Positions 45,128 to 57,057 of a stretch of 64,000 nucleotides of DNA are shown here, in pieces. The position numbers and the translations under genes are program-made. The DNA is from Actinomycetota bacterium (GTDB lineage: Bacteria > Actinomycetota > Actinomycetes > S36-B12): NCBI GenBank assembly GCA_016717115.1, contig JADKGE010000003.1, positions 306,337-370,336 of the forward strand. Reading direction: 5' to 3'. Under the pieces are notes generated by a model, which was not told where the DNA came from, made no database searches, and was given only the letters and a program-made list of their open reading frames with translations. Every line of letters begins with the position of its first letter. The stretch's first letter is position 1.

Positions 45128-46312
45128 ATGAGGACGATGCCCCGGAACAGCCTGACCACCCGGGGCGTCGTCCTCATCGCGCTTGCCGGCATCGCTCTGT
45201 CGGCTTGTACGCCGCCCCTGCCGCCCGATGTGCTCGCGGCCCAGGCCGAGACCAACATCACCTGCCAGAGCGGGACTCTCGACGTGAGCGTTCCCGAGGA
45301 CTTCCTGGGCGCGATGGACGCCGTGGGCGCCGCCCTGACCAGCGTGTGTCCCGATCAGGGATTCATCGAGTCGGTGGACAAGGCGGACGCGAAGCTCAGG
45401 ATCGTCGACCATGCACCCACTGCCGAAGAGACCGCGGCGTTCACCGCCCAGGCGTGTCCCACCGGCACCGTGATCGTCGTGCCGGCCTTCGGCTACGCCG
45501 TGGCACTCGCCTACGACGTCATCGGTCTCGAGGGCCTCGTCATGACACCGCAGGCGATCGCCGGCATCCTCGACGGCACCGTCACGTCTTGGGAGGACCC
45601 GCTCATCACCGGGCCGAACGCCGATTACGACATGACGGGGCTGCCGGACATCTCGGTCCTGTACATAGACAAGCCGCAAGGCTCTGTCGAGGCCATGACC
45701 ACCTGGCTCACCGCTGAGGACCCCGCGGCCTGGCCAGGCGGCGTCACCGACACCCTGTCCATGGGGACTGCGTTCCCGACCCAGGTGGACCTCATGGGTG
45801 AACTCACCCTGACGGAGGGAACGGTCGCGGTCATCCCAGCCTTCTCCGCGGTCAACAACGGCATCGCGATCGCCGCCGTCCCGGTGGGGGACCTCATCAT
45901 CAGCCCAGATGACACCCAACTGCTGAAGGTGGGTGTCGCGGCGACGAACGTCACGGTCGATGCCGCGGGGAACCTCCTGGCCGGCCCCGCGATCGGTGGC
46001 GTGCCGGTCGCCGGGCAGTTCGACCTGGCGTCGTCGAAGATCGTCTTGGCCGAGGGACAGCCCGTGATCGGTTGGCCCATCATGGGCATGGCCCACATGA
46101 TGGTGTGCGACGATCCGGCCGACCCTCTCGCGCTGTCGGCCGCGCAGTACGTCGTGCGCCTCGCCGGTCAGGGCTCCCTGGAGACCTTCGGCGTGACGCC
46201 GCTTCCGGAGCCCATCCGGGTGCAGACGTTCACTCCTCTCAAGGTCGCTGCCAGTCTGGCGAGCGCCAACCCGCTCCCGGCGTCTGCTGGCCCCACGCCC
46301 ACGTCGTCCTGA
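45128..46312 (+). CDS. PstS-like periplasmic-binding-fold lipoprotein with degenerate phosphate-binding loops
   Basis: Lipobox LSAC. VVPAFGYAVALAYDVIGLEGLVMTPQAIAGILDGTVTSWEDP aligns with the PstS core, but the R-S-D/G-x-SGT loop is replaced by IDKPQGSVEAMT. Confidence 0.65.
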   Translation: MRTMPRNSLTTRGVVLIALAGIALSACTPPLPPDVLAAQAETNITCQSGTLDVSVPEDFLGAMDAVGAALTSVCPDQGFIESVDKADAKLRIVDHAPTAEETAAFTAQACPTGTVIVVPAFGYAVALAYDVIGLEGLVMTPQAIAGILDGTVTSWEDPLITGPNADYDMTGLPDISVLYIDKPQGSVEAMTTWLTAEDPAAWPGGVTDTLSMGTAFPTQVDLMGELTLTEGTVAVIPAFSAVNNGIAIAAVPVGDLIISPDDTQLLKVGVAATNVTVDAAGNLLAGPAIGGVPVAGQFDLASSKIVLAEGQPVIGWPIMGMAHMMVCDDPADPLALSAAQYVVRLAGQGSLETFGVTPLPEPIRVQTFTPLKVAASLASANPLPASAGPTPTSS

Positions 46313-46316
46313 TCAA

Positions 46317-46353
46317 CAAGAGGCGCGCCACCCGATGGGTGGCGCGCCTCTTG
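46317..46353. terminator. Perfect 17-bp-stem bidirectional terminator hairpin
   Basis: CAAGAGGCGCGCCACCC-gat-GGGTGGCGCGCCTCTTG, between the convergent pstS-like and dsrE-like genes. Confidence 0.8.
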
Positions 46354-46369
46354 GTTGTCGACTGTGGCG

Positions 46370-46879
46370 TCAGATGAACAGCAGCTGCGCGCCGTCGGTC
46401 AGCTCGATGAAGTCGCTGGCATTGATGATGTCGTCGACACCGTCCCAGAGGTCTTCCTTCTTCAGGTGGTTCATGTCGACGCTCATGCGGCAGGCCCACA
46501 TGTGACCACCCGACGCCTTGATGAGCTCCAGGAACTCCGGCACCTCGGGCACGTCGAGACCCGCGATGGACTTCTTCATCATCTTCGTCGCCATCGTCGT
46601 CATGCCGGGCAGCGGGGTGAGCGCCTGGGGCATGTGAGCGGCCGTGTTGCCGACGGGGGAGAACTTCAGGTGCTCCATGTGGGACTTCGTGATCATGTCG
46701 AGGCCCCAGAACGTGAAGAACAGGTGCAGCTCGACGCCCTCGCCCAGTGCGGCGTTGCCGAGGATGAGCCCCGGGTAGGCCATGTCGAGGTTGCCCTTGG
46801 AGCAGATGATGGCCAGCTTGCGGCCCTCGCTCGCCTCGTCATCGAACGACGGGACGATCATGTCTTGGGTTGCGGTCAT
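46370..46879 (-). CDS. DsrE/DsrF-like sulfur-relay family protein
   Basis: 169 aa. KLAIICSKGNLDMAYPGLILGNAA...HLFFTFWGL...GGHMWACRMSVD (conserved Cys). Confidence 0.75.
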   Translation of the reverse strand: MTATQDMIVPSFDDEASEGRKLAIICSKGNLDMAYPGLILGNAALGEGVELHLFFTFWGLDMITKSHMEHLKFSPVGNTAAHMPQALTPLPGMTTMATKMMKKSIAGLDVPEVPEFLELIKASGGHMWACRMSVDMNHLKKEDLWDGVDDIINASDFIELTDGAQLLFI

Positions 46880-46909
46880 GACGTTTCTTCTCCTGGTTTC
46901 TCGAGGCCG

Positions 46910-47224
46910 TCAGACGCAGCCATGCGGCTTGGGCAGCCCGGCGATGTAGGCCATCTTCTTGGCCGGCTTCTTGGGGAACAGCACGAACAGCTGCTTGGTG
47001 TCGATGCCGCCGACGGTCGATACCCGGCGGATCGTCGGGGTCTCTCCCTGGGTCTTGAAGTCGTCCCGCAGGAAGCGGATCGCCTTCCAGTGGTCGTCGG
47101 TCATCTCGACCCCGATGGCGGTGGCGAGGGCAGCGCCCATCGTCTCGTCCCACTGGTCGTACTCGGTCATGAACCCCTCGTCGTCGACGAAGACTTCGCG
47201 CCCGTTGATGGTGGTGGTTGGCAT
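46910..47224 (-). CDS. TusE/DsrC-family sulfur-relay protein
   Basis: 104 aa. VDDEGFMTEYDQWDE...HWKAIRFLRDDF...AGLPKPHGCV. The C-terminal P-K-P-x-G-C-V arm has only the terminal Cys, which is TusE-like. Confidence 0.85.
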   Translation of the reverse strand: MPTTTINGREVFVDDEGFMTEYDQWDETMGAALATAIGVEMTDDHWKAIRFLRDDFKTQGETPTIRRVSTVGGIDTKQLFVLFPKKPAKKMAYIAGLPKPHGCV

Positions 47225-47259
47225 GTCTTTCTCTTCCCTTGTGGTTGCGTGCCCTGCGG

Positions 47260-48510
47260 TTACTTAGCTGCGATGAGGTCGGTGCGCTTGCCCGAGAGGG
47301 ACATGAGGGTGCTGATCGGCAGCGGCCGACCAGGCATGAGCATGTTCCAGTACACCCACCTGAAGGCCAGCTTGCCGAAGTGGTTGAGGTGCGTCTCCTT
47401 CAACAGGCCCATGGGTCCGAGCGAGCCGTACGGGAACTTCCCGGGCAGGGGCTCGGTGTCGTAGTTGAAGTCGATGAGCATCGCCTTGCCGCCACCGGTC
47501 TCGATGAAGCAGTTGGCATGGCCGTCGAACTTGTGGGTCATGTCGCTGCCGGCGATCAGCTGGAGGAAGTTCTCGAGGAAGATGTCGACCTTGAAGTGGG
47601 CGACCGATCCCGCCTTGGAGGCCGGGATGTCGTTGGAGTCACCCAGGGCGAAGATGTTCGCGTGCGCCTTCGACTGCTGGGTGAACTTGTCCACCGGCAC
47701 GAGGTTGAGGTCGTTGCCGAGGCCGGACCGGGCGATGCAGTCCGCACCCATGTTCAGCGGGATCGTGACCAGCAGGTCGAAGGGCACCTCGGTCTCGTCG
47801 TAGGCGACGATCTTCTTCGCTTCCGCGTCGACGCTCTCGATCATGAAGTCGGGGACGACGGTGATGCCCTTCTCCTCGAGGGTCGTGCCGAAGGCCTGGG
47901 CCGCGATGGGCTTCGTGAAGGCGGCATCCAGTGGCGTGACGTACGTGATGTCCACGGCATCTCGGATGCCCTTGTCCTTGAAGAACGCGTCGGCGAGGAA
48001 GGCGAACTCCAGCGGCGCCACCGGGCACTTGATCGGCATCTCGGTGATGTGGATGACGAGCTTGCCGCCGGTCCAGGTCCTGAGCTTCTCCGCCAGTGCG
48101 ACCGAGCCCTCGTAGGAGTAGAACTCGTGCACGCTCTTGTGCCATTCGGCCTCGTCGTCCATGCCCGGCGTCTGATCGGGCCGCGGCGTGACGCCGGTGG
48201 CGACGATGAGGTAGTCGTACGTCAGGCGCTGGCCGTCGGTCAGCAGCACGGAGTTGTCCGCCGGCTCGACCTTGTCGATCTCGCCGTACACCAGGGACAC
48301 GCCCTTGCTGAGGTACTTTCTCCGGCTCTTGGTGACCTGAGCGGGCTTGTAGGTGCCGAACGGGAGGAACAGGAAGCCCGGCTGGTAGCGGTGGTTGTCG
48401 TCGACGTCGATGACGGTGACCGACCAGTCTGCTGGGGACAGCGCCTTGCTCAACTTGTTGGCGGCCATCGTTCCGGCGGTGCCCCCGCCGAGGATCAGTA
48501 CTTTCTTCAT
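47260..48510 (-). CDS. sqr: Sulfide:quinone oxidoreductase-like FAD-dependent pyridine nucleotide-disulfide oxidoreductase
   Basis: MKKVLILGGGTAGTMAANKL (FAD Rossmann fold), IKCPVAPLEF and HANCFIETGGG (candidate redox Cys). ATG 48510 preferred. The track start is GTG 48519. Confidence 0.75.
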   Translation of the reverse strand: MKKVLILGGGTAGTMAANKLSKALSPADWSVTVIDVDDNHRYQPGFLFLPFGTYKPAQVTKSRRKYLSKGVSLVYGEIDKVEPADNSVLLTDGQRLTYDYLIVATGVTPRPDQTPGMDDEAEWHKSVHEFYSYEGSVALAEKLRTWTGGKLVIHITEMPIKCPVAPLEFAFLADAFFKDKGIRDAVDITYVTPLDAAFTKPIAAQAFGTTLEEKGITVVPDFMIESVDAEAKKIVAYDETEVPFDLLVTIPLNMGADCIARSGLGNDLNLVPVDKFTQQSKAHANIFALGDSNDIPASKAGSVAHFKVDIFLENFLQLIAGSDMTHKFDGHANCFIETGGGKAMLIDFNYDTEPLPGKFPYGSLGPMGLLKETHLNHFGKLAFRWVYWNMLMPGRPLPISTLMSLSGKRTDLIAAK

Positions 48511-48524
48511 ACCCCCCACGGTAT
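48509..48524 (-). promoter_or_regulatory. Short palindrome overlapping the sqr start (possible CsoR/CstR-type operator)
   Basis: Minus strand ATACC-gtgggg-GGTAT. The TACC...GGTA ends and G-rich centre resemble CsoR-family operators as I remember them. The arms are only 5 bp. Confidence 0.25.
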
Positions 48525-48605
48525 AGGCACCCGTCGCCGAGGGAGCAGGGCCGAAGTGCGTGACTTTGCGGGACGTTAGTCCCCGATCCGGGTCTGTGGG
48601 TGGCC

Positions 48606-49127
48606 TCAGTGCCCGTTCGTATGGGGGTGCATGCCGCCGGCCTCGTCACAGCGCAGCCAGGACGCGCGGATCTCCTGCTCGGCCTCGGTGCGGCCCACCC
48701 ACGTGGCGCCTTCGACGCTCTTGCCCGGCTCGAGGTCCTTGTAGACCTCGAAGAAGTGCTGGATCTCCAGGCGGTCGAACTCGCCCACATGGTGGATGTC
48801 GCGCAGGTGCTCGAGCCTGGGGTCGCCCGCGGGCACGCACAGCACCTTGTCGTCGCCGCCGGCCTCGTCCGTCATCCGGAACATCCCCACGGCCCGGCAG
48901 CGGATGAGGACGCCGGGGAAGGTGGGTTCGGCCGTCATGACCAGCGCGTCGAGCGGATCGCCATCCTGGCCGAGGGTGTCCTCGATGAACCCGTAGTCGT
49001 GCGGGTACCGGGTGGAGGTGAAGAGCATGCGGTCGAGGCGGATGCGACCGGTGATGTGATCCATCTCGTACTTGTTGCGGCTACCCGCCGGGATCTCGAT
49101 GGTGACGTCAAAATCGAACGGTTCCAC
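48606..49127 (-). CDS. ppa: Inorganic pyrophosphatase (family I)
   Basis: [16 protein letters not shown]...[23 protein letters not shown]. Confidence 0.95.
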   Translation of the reverse strand: MEPFDFDVTIEIPAGSRNKYEMDHITGRIRLDRMLFTSTRYPHDYGFIEDTLGQDGDPLDALVMTAEPTFPGVLIRCRAVGMFRMTDEAGGDDKVLCVPAGDPRLEHLRDIHHVGEFDRLEIQHFFEVYKDLEPGKSVEGATWVGRTEAEQEIRASWLRCDEAGGMHPHTNGH

Positions 49128-49198
49128 GAGAACCTCCTGTCGGGCCGCGGTGCGTCCGCGGCGAACTCACGTGATCGGGTCGGGCCCGTCGTGCTCTA

Positions 49199-50587
49199 GT
49201 GTTCCGTACGTCCGGGCGTGAGGAGCAGGTGGTGCGTCGAAGTAGTCGGCGAGGTCACGCAACCCTCGTGATCTGCGTGCTCGCGGCGGGGCTCACGCTG
49301 GCCGGCCTCGGTCCGGGGGCGGCTGCCGCCGACGGAGACGGGGTGCCGCCGGCACCTGCCCCCGCGGTCCTCCAGCCCATCGACGTGACGACGGCCGCCG
49401 GCCCGGCCCCCACCCCGGCCGGGATCAAGGCGGCCGTCCGACCGCTCGTCGGGCCGACGCTCGGCGACGAGTCCATCGTCATCATGGATCCCACGAGCCA
49501 GACCGTCCTGTTCGAGAAGCAGGCGGCCCGACCGCGGATCCCGGCATCCACGCTGAAGCTGGCGACCGCATCCGCCGCCCTCACGGTGCTCGGCCCGCAG
49601 GCGCGGATCCCCACCGTCGTCTATCGCGACGCCGACACCGTGTTCCTCGTCGGAGGCGGCGACCCCACGCTCGTGCGTTCCGGCGGCGGCAATCCCCTCG
49701 CCGGCGGGAGCGCCTCCCTGCGGACACTGGCGCGATCGGTGGCATCGGACTTCACGGCGGGAACCGCTGTCTCCGTCGTGTACGACGACTCCGCCTTCCG
49801 CGGGCCCAGGCTCGGCCCCGGGTGGCCGCGGTCCTTCCCCAGTGCCGGCGTGGCAGCTCCGGTGACGGCGCTCGTCGTGGACGGCGGGCGCGTGCGCCCA
49901 GGCGCCCTGTCGCGAGTCGCCGACCCTGCCCGTCAGGCGGCGCTCGTCTTCGCCGGCTTCCTCAAGGGACGCGGGCTGGACGTGACGGCCGTGACCAAGG
50001 GGAAGAGGGGCGGGGCCGGCAGCGAGATCGCCCGCGTCGAGTCTCCACCGGTCGGCGACATCGTGCAGCGGATGCTCACGGAGTCGGAGAACAACTTCGC
50101 GGAGGCGATGGCCCACCTCGTCGGTGGCAAGGTCCTGGGCCAGCCGACCTTCGCCGGTGGCGCGGCGGCCATGTCGGCGGCCCTCGCCGATCTCGGGATC
50201 GACACCGGCGGCGTGTCGTTCGCCGACGGCAGCGGCCTGTCGGGCCAGAACCAGGTGCCGGCGAGAGTGCTGGCCTCGATCCTGACCGACGTGGCCCGCG
50301 GTGCGGACCCCGATCTCGCGCTCATCGCCCCCGGACTGGCCGTGGCCGGATTCACCGGAACCCTCGCAGAGCGCTTCCAGACGCCGGCCACTGCCGCGGG
50401 CCGCGGAGTCGTCCACGCCAAGACCGGCACGCTCACCGGGGTCGTGAGTCTCGCCGGGACGGTCCTCGATGCCGACGGTCGTGTCCTCGTGTTCGCGCTG
50501 ATCGCGAACACGGTGCCGTCGTTGACCGCTGCGCGGGACACTATGGACCAGATAGCCAGTCGCCTTGCCACCTGCGGTTGCTCCTGA
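49199..50587 (+). CDS. dacB: D-alanyl-D-alanine carboxypeptidase/endopeptidase (PBP4 family)
   Basis: Signal-anchor region, active-site PASTLKLAT (SxxK), SENNFAE (SxN) and HAKTGTL (KTG). Confidence 0.88.
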   Translation: MFRTSGREEQVVRRSSRRGHATLVICVLAAGLTLAGLGPGAAAADGDGVPPAPAPAVLQPIDVTTAAGPAPTPAGIKAAVRPLVGPTLGDESIVIMDPTSQTVLFEKQAARPRIPASTLKLATASAALTVLGPQARIPTVVYRDADTVFLVGGGDPTLVRSGGGNPLAGGSASLRTLARSVASDFTAGTAVSVVYDDSAFRGPRLGPGWPRSFPSAGVAAPVTALVVDGGRVRPGALSRVADPARQAALVFAGFLKGRGLDVTAVTKGKRGGAGSEIARVESPPVGDIVQRMLTESENNFAEAMAHLVGGKVLGQPTFAGGAAAMSAALADLGIDTGGVSFADGSGLSGQNQVPARVLASILTDVARGADPDLALIAPGLAVAGFTGTLAERFQTPATAAGRGVVHAKTGTLTGVVSLAGTVLDADGRVLVFALIANTVPSLTAARDTMDQIASRLATCGCS

Positions 50588-50603
50588 CCGCCCGATCGAT
50601 GGG

Positions 50604-51659
50604 ATGCCCGCCATGATGCCGATGCTGCTGCCGGCCAACCAGTTCGACCACTTCTACCGAGGCGGCGACCGGATCGGTGCGCTACGTCACGGGCCTGGCG
50701 GCCCCAATCGCCCCGAGGACTGGCTGGGTTCGACGACCGCCCGGTTCGGCCTGGCCCCCGCGGGTCTCACCGTTCTGCCCGACGGCCGCCTGCTGTTCGA
50801 GGCGATCGAGACAGATCCGACGGCCTGGCTGGGCGCGGAGCATGTCGCGCGGTACGGGGCGAGCAACGAGGTCCTGGTGAAGCTGCTCGACCTCGGCCAG
50901 CGACTCCCCGTCCACCTCCACCCCAACCGCGCCTTCGCCCGTACCCACCTCGGCCTGGCCCATGGCAAGACGGAGGCCTGGTACGTCATCGACGCCCCGG
51001 AAGGGTCGGAGGTCGGCGTGGGCTTCAAGGAGCCCATGACCCTCGACCAGGTCTCGTCATGGGTGGCGAACCGAGACAGCGAGGCCCTGCTCGGTGCTCT
51101 GCAGACCCGAGTCGTCCGGCCGGGCGACGCGCTGCTCGTCCCGTCCGGCCAGCCGCACACGGTTGCGGCCGGCGTGTTCGTCCTCGAGCTGCAGGAGCCC
51201 ACCGACCTGTCGATCCTTCTCGAGTGGCAGGGGTTCGCGGTCGACGGGATGAAGGACGGCCATCTCGACCTCGGCTACGAGACCGCACTGCAGGCGGTCG
51301 ACCTGGCCGGCATGTCGGCCAGCGACCTCGAGCGGCTCGTTGTCACGAAGGAGAGCATCGAGCGGGCTGGACTGTCGTCGGTCATGCCGTCGGCCGCCGA
51401 CTCCTACTTCCGGGCACATCGCTTCGAGGCCTCCGACGGCCCGGTGTCCGTCGATGCCGGGTTCGCCATCGTGCTCGTCCTCCAGGGACATGGCGTGCTC
51501 GTGAGCTCGGCTGGGTCGATGGAGGTGAGGAAGGGCGACGTCGCGCTCGTGCCGTACTCCGCGGGGGAGTTCGCCCTCCATTCGGAGGATGACGGCGCGC
51601 CGCTCGTCGGCGTCGTCTGCCGGCCTCCGGCCCCCGACGCTCCCGCGGGTGCGCGCTAG
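50604..51659 (+). CDS. Class I mannose-6-phosphate isomerase-like cupin protein
   Basis: LVKLLDLGQRLPVHLHPN, GKTEAWYVI and LVPSGQPHTV resemble type I PMI zinc-site motifs. Start ambiguous (50604-50622). Confidence 0.6.
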   Translation: MPAMMPMLLPANQFDHFYRGGDRIGALRHGPGGPNRPEDWLGSTTARFGLAPAGLTVLPDGRLLFEAIETDPTAWLGAEHVARYGASNEVLVKLLDLGQRLPVHLHPNRAFARTHLGLAHGKTEAWYVIDAPEGSEVGVGFKEPMTLDQVSSWVANRDSEALLGALQTRVVRPGDALLVPSGQPHTVAAGVFVLELQEPTDLSILLEWQGFAVDGMKDGHLDLGYETALQAVDLAGMSASDLERLVVTKESIERAGLSSVMPSAADSYFRAHRFEASDGPVSVDAGFAIVLVLQGHGVLVSSAGSMEVRKGDVALVPYSAGEFALHSEDDGAPLVGVVCRPPAPDAPAGAR

Positions 51660-52717
51660 TGGCCGAACCCATCGACTGGGACCTCGCGGTCGCCACCGCA
51701 ACCCGCCTGGCGCCCAAGGGTCCTGAACTGCCCGGTGACGAGGCGCGCGACGCGGTGCGCATGCTGCGCACCCTGGCCCGTGAGGCCATCGCGCCGGTGC
51801 GCGAGGTGACAGGACTGGTGGCTCCCGAGGCGGCGGCGGCCGTGATCGTCGACCGGCCCGGGTGGATCGCGTCGAACGTCGACGGCATGCGCATCGTCCT
51901 GTCGCGGTGGGAGGTGCTCGCCGAGAAGTCCGACGCGGCCCCGGCCGTCGTGCGCAGCCTCGGCTCCCGCGGTACGGCCCTCCAGCTCGGCGCCGTCCTG
52001 GCCTGGATGTCGGGGAAGGTGCTGGGCCAGTACGAGGTGTTCACGGAGGACGACGACCCCGCGCGGCTCCTCCTGGTGGCGCCCACCATCGTCGCGGTCG
52101 AGCGTCAGCTGGAGGTGCCGACCCGCGACTTTCGCTACTGGGTGTGCCTGCACGAGGAGACGCACCGCGTGCAGTTCGGCGCCGTCCCCTGGCTCGGCGA
52201 CTACCTCACCGACCGGATCTCGGCGCTGCTGGACGCGTCCGACATCGGCACCCGCGAGGCGCTCCAGCGCCTCGTGGCCTTCTTCTACGCCCTCGTCCGC
52301 TCGTTGCGGCCGGATTCGGAGGTCAGCGCCGTCGAGGCGATCCAGACCCCGGAGCAGAGGGTGGTCTTCGACGAGCTGACGGCGCTCATGTCCCTTCTCG
52401 AGGGCCACGCCGACGTCGTGATGGACGCCGTCGGCCCCGCGGTGATCCCGTCCGTCGAGCTGATCAGGGAGCGGTTCAGCCATCGACGCGAACAGCCCGG
52501 GACGCTCGACTCGCTCGCGCGTAAGGCGCTCGGCATGGACGCGAAGATGCGCCAGTACAGCGATGGGGCGGCATTCGTGCGTCATGTCGTCGACCGGGTC
52601 GGCATGGATGGCTTCAATCGGGTCTGGACCTCTGCCGAGCACCTTCCGACCCGGCTCGAACTGCACGATCCCGATGCCTGGCTGGCACGGACGGCCGAGG
52701 TCACCACGCCGTCATGA
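51659..52717 (+). CDS. Zinc-dependent metalloprotease (DUF2342 / Rv3626c-like)
   Basis: WVCLHEETHRVQFGAVPWL (HExxH), 352 aa. GTG overlaps the upstream TAG by 1 nt. It occupies the conserved position before tilS. Confidence 0.75.
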   Translation: MAEPIDWDLAVATATRLAPKGPELPGDEARDAVRMLRTLAREAIAPVREVTGLVAPEAAAAVIVDRPGWIASNVDGMRIVLSRWEVLAEKSDAAPAVVRSLGSRGTALQLGAVLAWMSGKVLGQYEVFTEDDDPARLLLVAPTIVAVERQLEVPTRDFRYWVCLHEETHRVQFGAVPWLGDYLTDRISALLDASDIGTREALQRLVAFFYALVRSLRPDSEVSAVEAIQTPEQRVVFDELTALMSLLEGHADVVMDAVGPAVIPSVELIRERFSHRREQPGTLDSLARKALGMDAKMRQYSDGAAFVRHVVDRVGMDGFNRVWTSAEHLPTRLELHDPDAWLARTAEVTTPS

Positions 52718-53712
52718 GCAGCAAGGCCGCCTCTGGCCCCGTGGTCGCGGTGCGCACGGCGGTCGGCCGGGCGGTCGAGGACCTGCCGGGAGGTTCGGTG
52801 CTGCTCGTGGCCTGCTCGGGCGGACCCGACTCGCTCGCCCTTGCGGGCGGGGCCGCGTGGGTGGGGGCGCGACGGGGCCTTGACGTCCGTGCCCTCGTGG
52901 TCGACCACGGACTGCAGGACGGCTCGGACGTCGTCGCGACCGAGGCCGCGGCCACGTGTCGTGCACTGGGCATCCGCCAGACGGATGTGGTCGGCGTGCT
53001 GGTGGGAACCGGCGGCGGGCCTGAGGCCGCGGCTCGCGCAGCCCGGTACGCGGCCCTCGAGCAGGCGGCCCTGGACATCGGCGCCGCTGCCGTGCTGCTC
53101 GGCCACACCCGGGAGGACCAGGCGGAGACGGTACTGCTCCGGCTGGCCCGGGGCTCGGGCGCGCGGTCCCTCTCGGCGATGCGCTCGCGCGCCGGACTGT
53201 GGCGGCGCCCGCTCCTCGGCCTCCCGCGAGCGGACGTCCATGCGGCCGCCGCCGACCTGCTCGTGCCGTTGGGACTCGCGCCCTGGGCAGATCCGCACAA
53301 CGACGACCCCGGCTTCGCGCGCGTGCGCGTGCGGGCGCTCCTCGACGACCTCCGCGCTGCCGCCGGTCCCGGGGCCGTCCTGGGCCTGACCCGCTCGGCC
53401 GACCTCCTGCGCGACGACGCGGACGCGCTCGACGGGTGGGCCGCCGAGGCCGCCGAGGCCACGGTCGTGGCCGACGACCTCGGCCTGTCGGCGGACTGCG
53501 CGGAGTTGCTCGCCCTCCCTAGGGCCGTGCGCACCCGGGTGGTCCGCGACATGTGCGTACGCCAGGGGTGCCCAACGGACGCGCTCACGTTCGAGCACGT
53601 GGGAAGGGTCGACGCCCTCGTCGGCGACTGGCGCGGCCAGGGCGAGATCCGGCTGCCGGGCGGTGTCGTCGCGCTCCGCTCGTATGGGAGGCTGTGCCTG
53701 CGGTCGCCGTGA
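52714..53712 (+). CDS. tilS: tRNA(Ile)-lysidine synthase
   Basis: LLVACSGGPDSLAL (PP-loop SGGxDS). ATGA overlap with the upstream gene. Followed by hpt, as in many bacteria. Confidence 0.9.
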   Translation: MSSKAASGPVVAVRTAVGRAVEDLPGGSVLLVACSGGPDSLALAGGAAWVGARRGLDVRALVVDHGLQDGSDVVATEAAATCRALGIRQTDVVGVLVGTGGGPEAAARAARYAALEQAALDIGAAAVLLGHTREDQAETVLLRLARGSGARSLSAMRSRAGLWRRPLLGLPRADVHAAAADLLVPLGLAPWADPHNDDPGFARVRVRALLDDLRAAAGPGAVLGLTRSADLLRDDADALDGWAAEAAEATVVADDLGLSADCAELLALPRAVRTRVVRDMCVRQGCPTDALTFEHVGRVDALVGDWRGQGEIRLPGGVVALRSYGRLCLRSP

Positions 53713-53754
53713 CGACGGGCCGACGGGGGCCGACCCGCACGACAGACACCCGAG

Positions 53755-54321
53755 ATGGAGTGGCGCGTGGATCCACAGGACATCAGTACCGAACTCGCGC
53801 ACGTCCTCCTCACCGAGGAGCAGATCCAACACCGCCTGAACGAACTCGCGGCGCAGATCGACGCCGACTACGCGGGCAAGGACCTCCTGCTGGTGGGCGT
53901 CCTCAAGGGCGCTGTGATGGTGATGGCCGATCTGGCCAGGGCCCTGCACCGAACGGTCGACATGGACTGGATGGCGGTGTCGTCTTACGGGTCCGGAACG
54001 ACGTCGAGCGGTGTCGTCCGCATCCTCAAGGACCTCGACGGAGACCTCGGCGGTCGCAACGTGCTGGTCGTCGAGGACATCCTCGACTCGGGCCTCACCT
54101 TGTCCTGGCTGCTGAAGAACCTCGCCTCCCGGGCGCCCGAGTCGGTCGAGGTGTTCACGCTGCTGCGCAAGCCCGATGCCATGAAGGTCAACGTCGCCCC
54201 CCGCTACATCGGCTTCGACATCCCCAACGAGTTCGTCGTCGGCTACGGCCTGGACTACGCGCAGAGGTATCGCAACCTGCGCTGCGTGGGCACGCTCTCG
54301 CCGCACGTGTACGGCGGCTGA
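53755..54321 (+). CDS. hpt: Hypoxanthine phosphoribosyltransferase
   Basis: [16 protein letters not shown] and the PRPP motif [14 protein letters not shown]. Confidence 0.95.
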   Translation: MEWRVDPQDISTELAHVLLTEEQIQHRLNELAAQIDADYAGKDLLLVGVLKGAVMVMADLARALHRTVDMDWMAVSSYGSGTTSSGVVRILKDLDGDLGGRNVLVVEDILDSGLTLSWLLKNLASRAPESVEVFTLLRKPDAMKVNVAPRYIGFDIPNEFVVGYGLDYAQRYRNLRCVGTLSPHVYGG

Positions 54322-54434
54322 CGCGCTCCGGCTGGCCCGACCTCACTGGTTGGGAAGTGTGGCTTACGCGTGGGGCGTAATGCCCAGTGCTCGGCGCGGT
54401 CGTGGGCCCACGGGCCTCGTAGTACCGTGAGGCG

Positions 54435-56435
<2,001 letters not shown>

Positions 56436-56445
56436 GTGGCCTCGC

Positions 56446-57057
56446 ATGAGCGGGATCAATGCGGTCTCCCTGCCGGATGACCGCCCGATTCGTGCTTTCG
56501 ATGCCGCGGGGGTGGAGCAGGCGGTTCGCGCGCTCCTCGTCGCCATGGGCGAGGATCCCGACCGCGACGGCCTGCTCAACACCCCGGCGCGCGTCGCGAG
56601 GGCCTACGAGGAGATGTTCCGCGGACTGCACATGACCGCTGAAGAGGTGCTGGCGACGACATTCGACCTGGGGCATGACGAGATGGTCCTCGTCAAGGAC
56701 ATCGAGCTCTACAGCACCTGCGAGCACCACCTGGTCCCCTTCCACGGGGTCGCGCACATCGGCTACATCCCCAACGAGAACGGCCGCATCACGGGCCTGT
56801 CGAAGCTGGCACGCCTCGTCGACGTGTTCGCCAAGCGCCCGCAGGTGCAGGAGCGGCTGACCACTCAGATCGCCGATTCCCTCATGCGCATCCTCGAGCC
56901 GCGGGGTGCGATCGTCGTGCTGGAGGCGGAGCACCTGTGCATGTCCATGCGCGGGGTGCGCAAGCCCGGTGCGAAGACGGTCACCAGTGCCGTCCGGGGA
57001 TCCCTGCGCGACCCGGCCACCCGGGCCGAGGCCATGTCCCTCATCCTGGGTCGATGA
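56446..57057 (+). CDS. folE: GTP cyclohydrolase I
   Basis: [41 protein letters not shown]. Confidence 0.97.
   Translation: MSGINAVSLPDDRPIRAFDAAGVEQAVRALLVAMGEDPDRDGLLNTPARVARAYEEMFRGLHMTAEEVLATTFDLGHDEMVLVKDIELYSTCEHHLVPFHGVAHIGYIPNENGRITGLSKLARLVDVFAKRPQVQERLTTQIADSLMRILEPRGAIVVLEAEHLCMSMRGVRKPGAKTVTSAVRGSLRDPATRAEAMSLILGR

Noticed and set aside
54395-54415. 12-bp perfect palindrome CGTGGGCCCACG upstream of ftsH
   Set aside because: Short GC palindromes are expected by chance at this GC content, and there are no supporting features.
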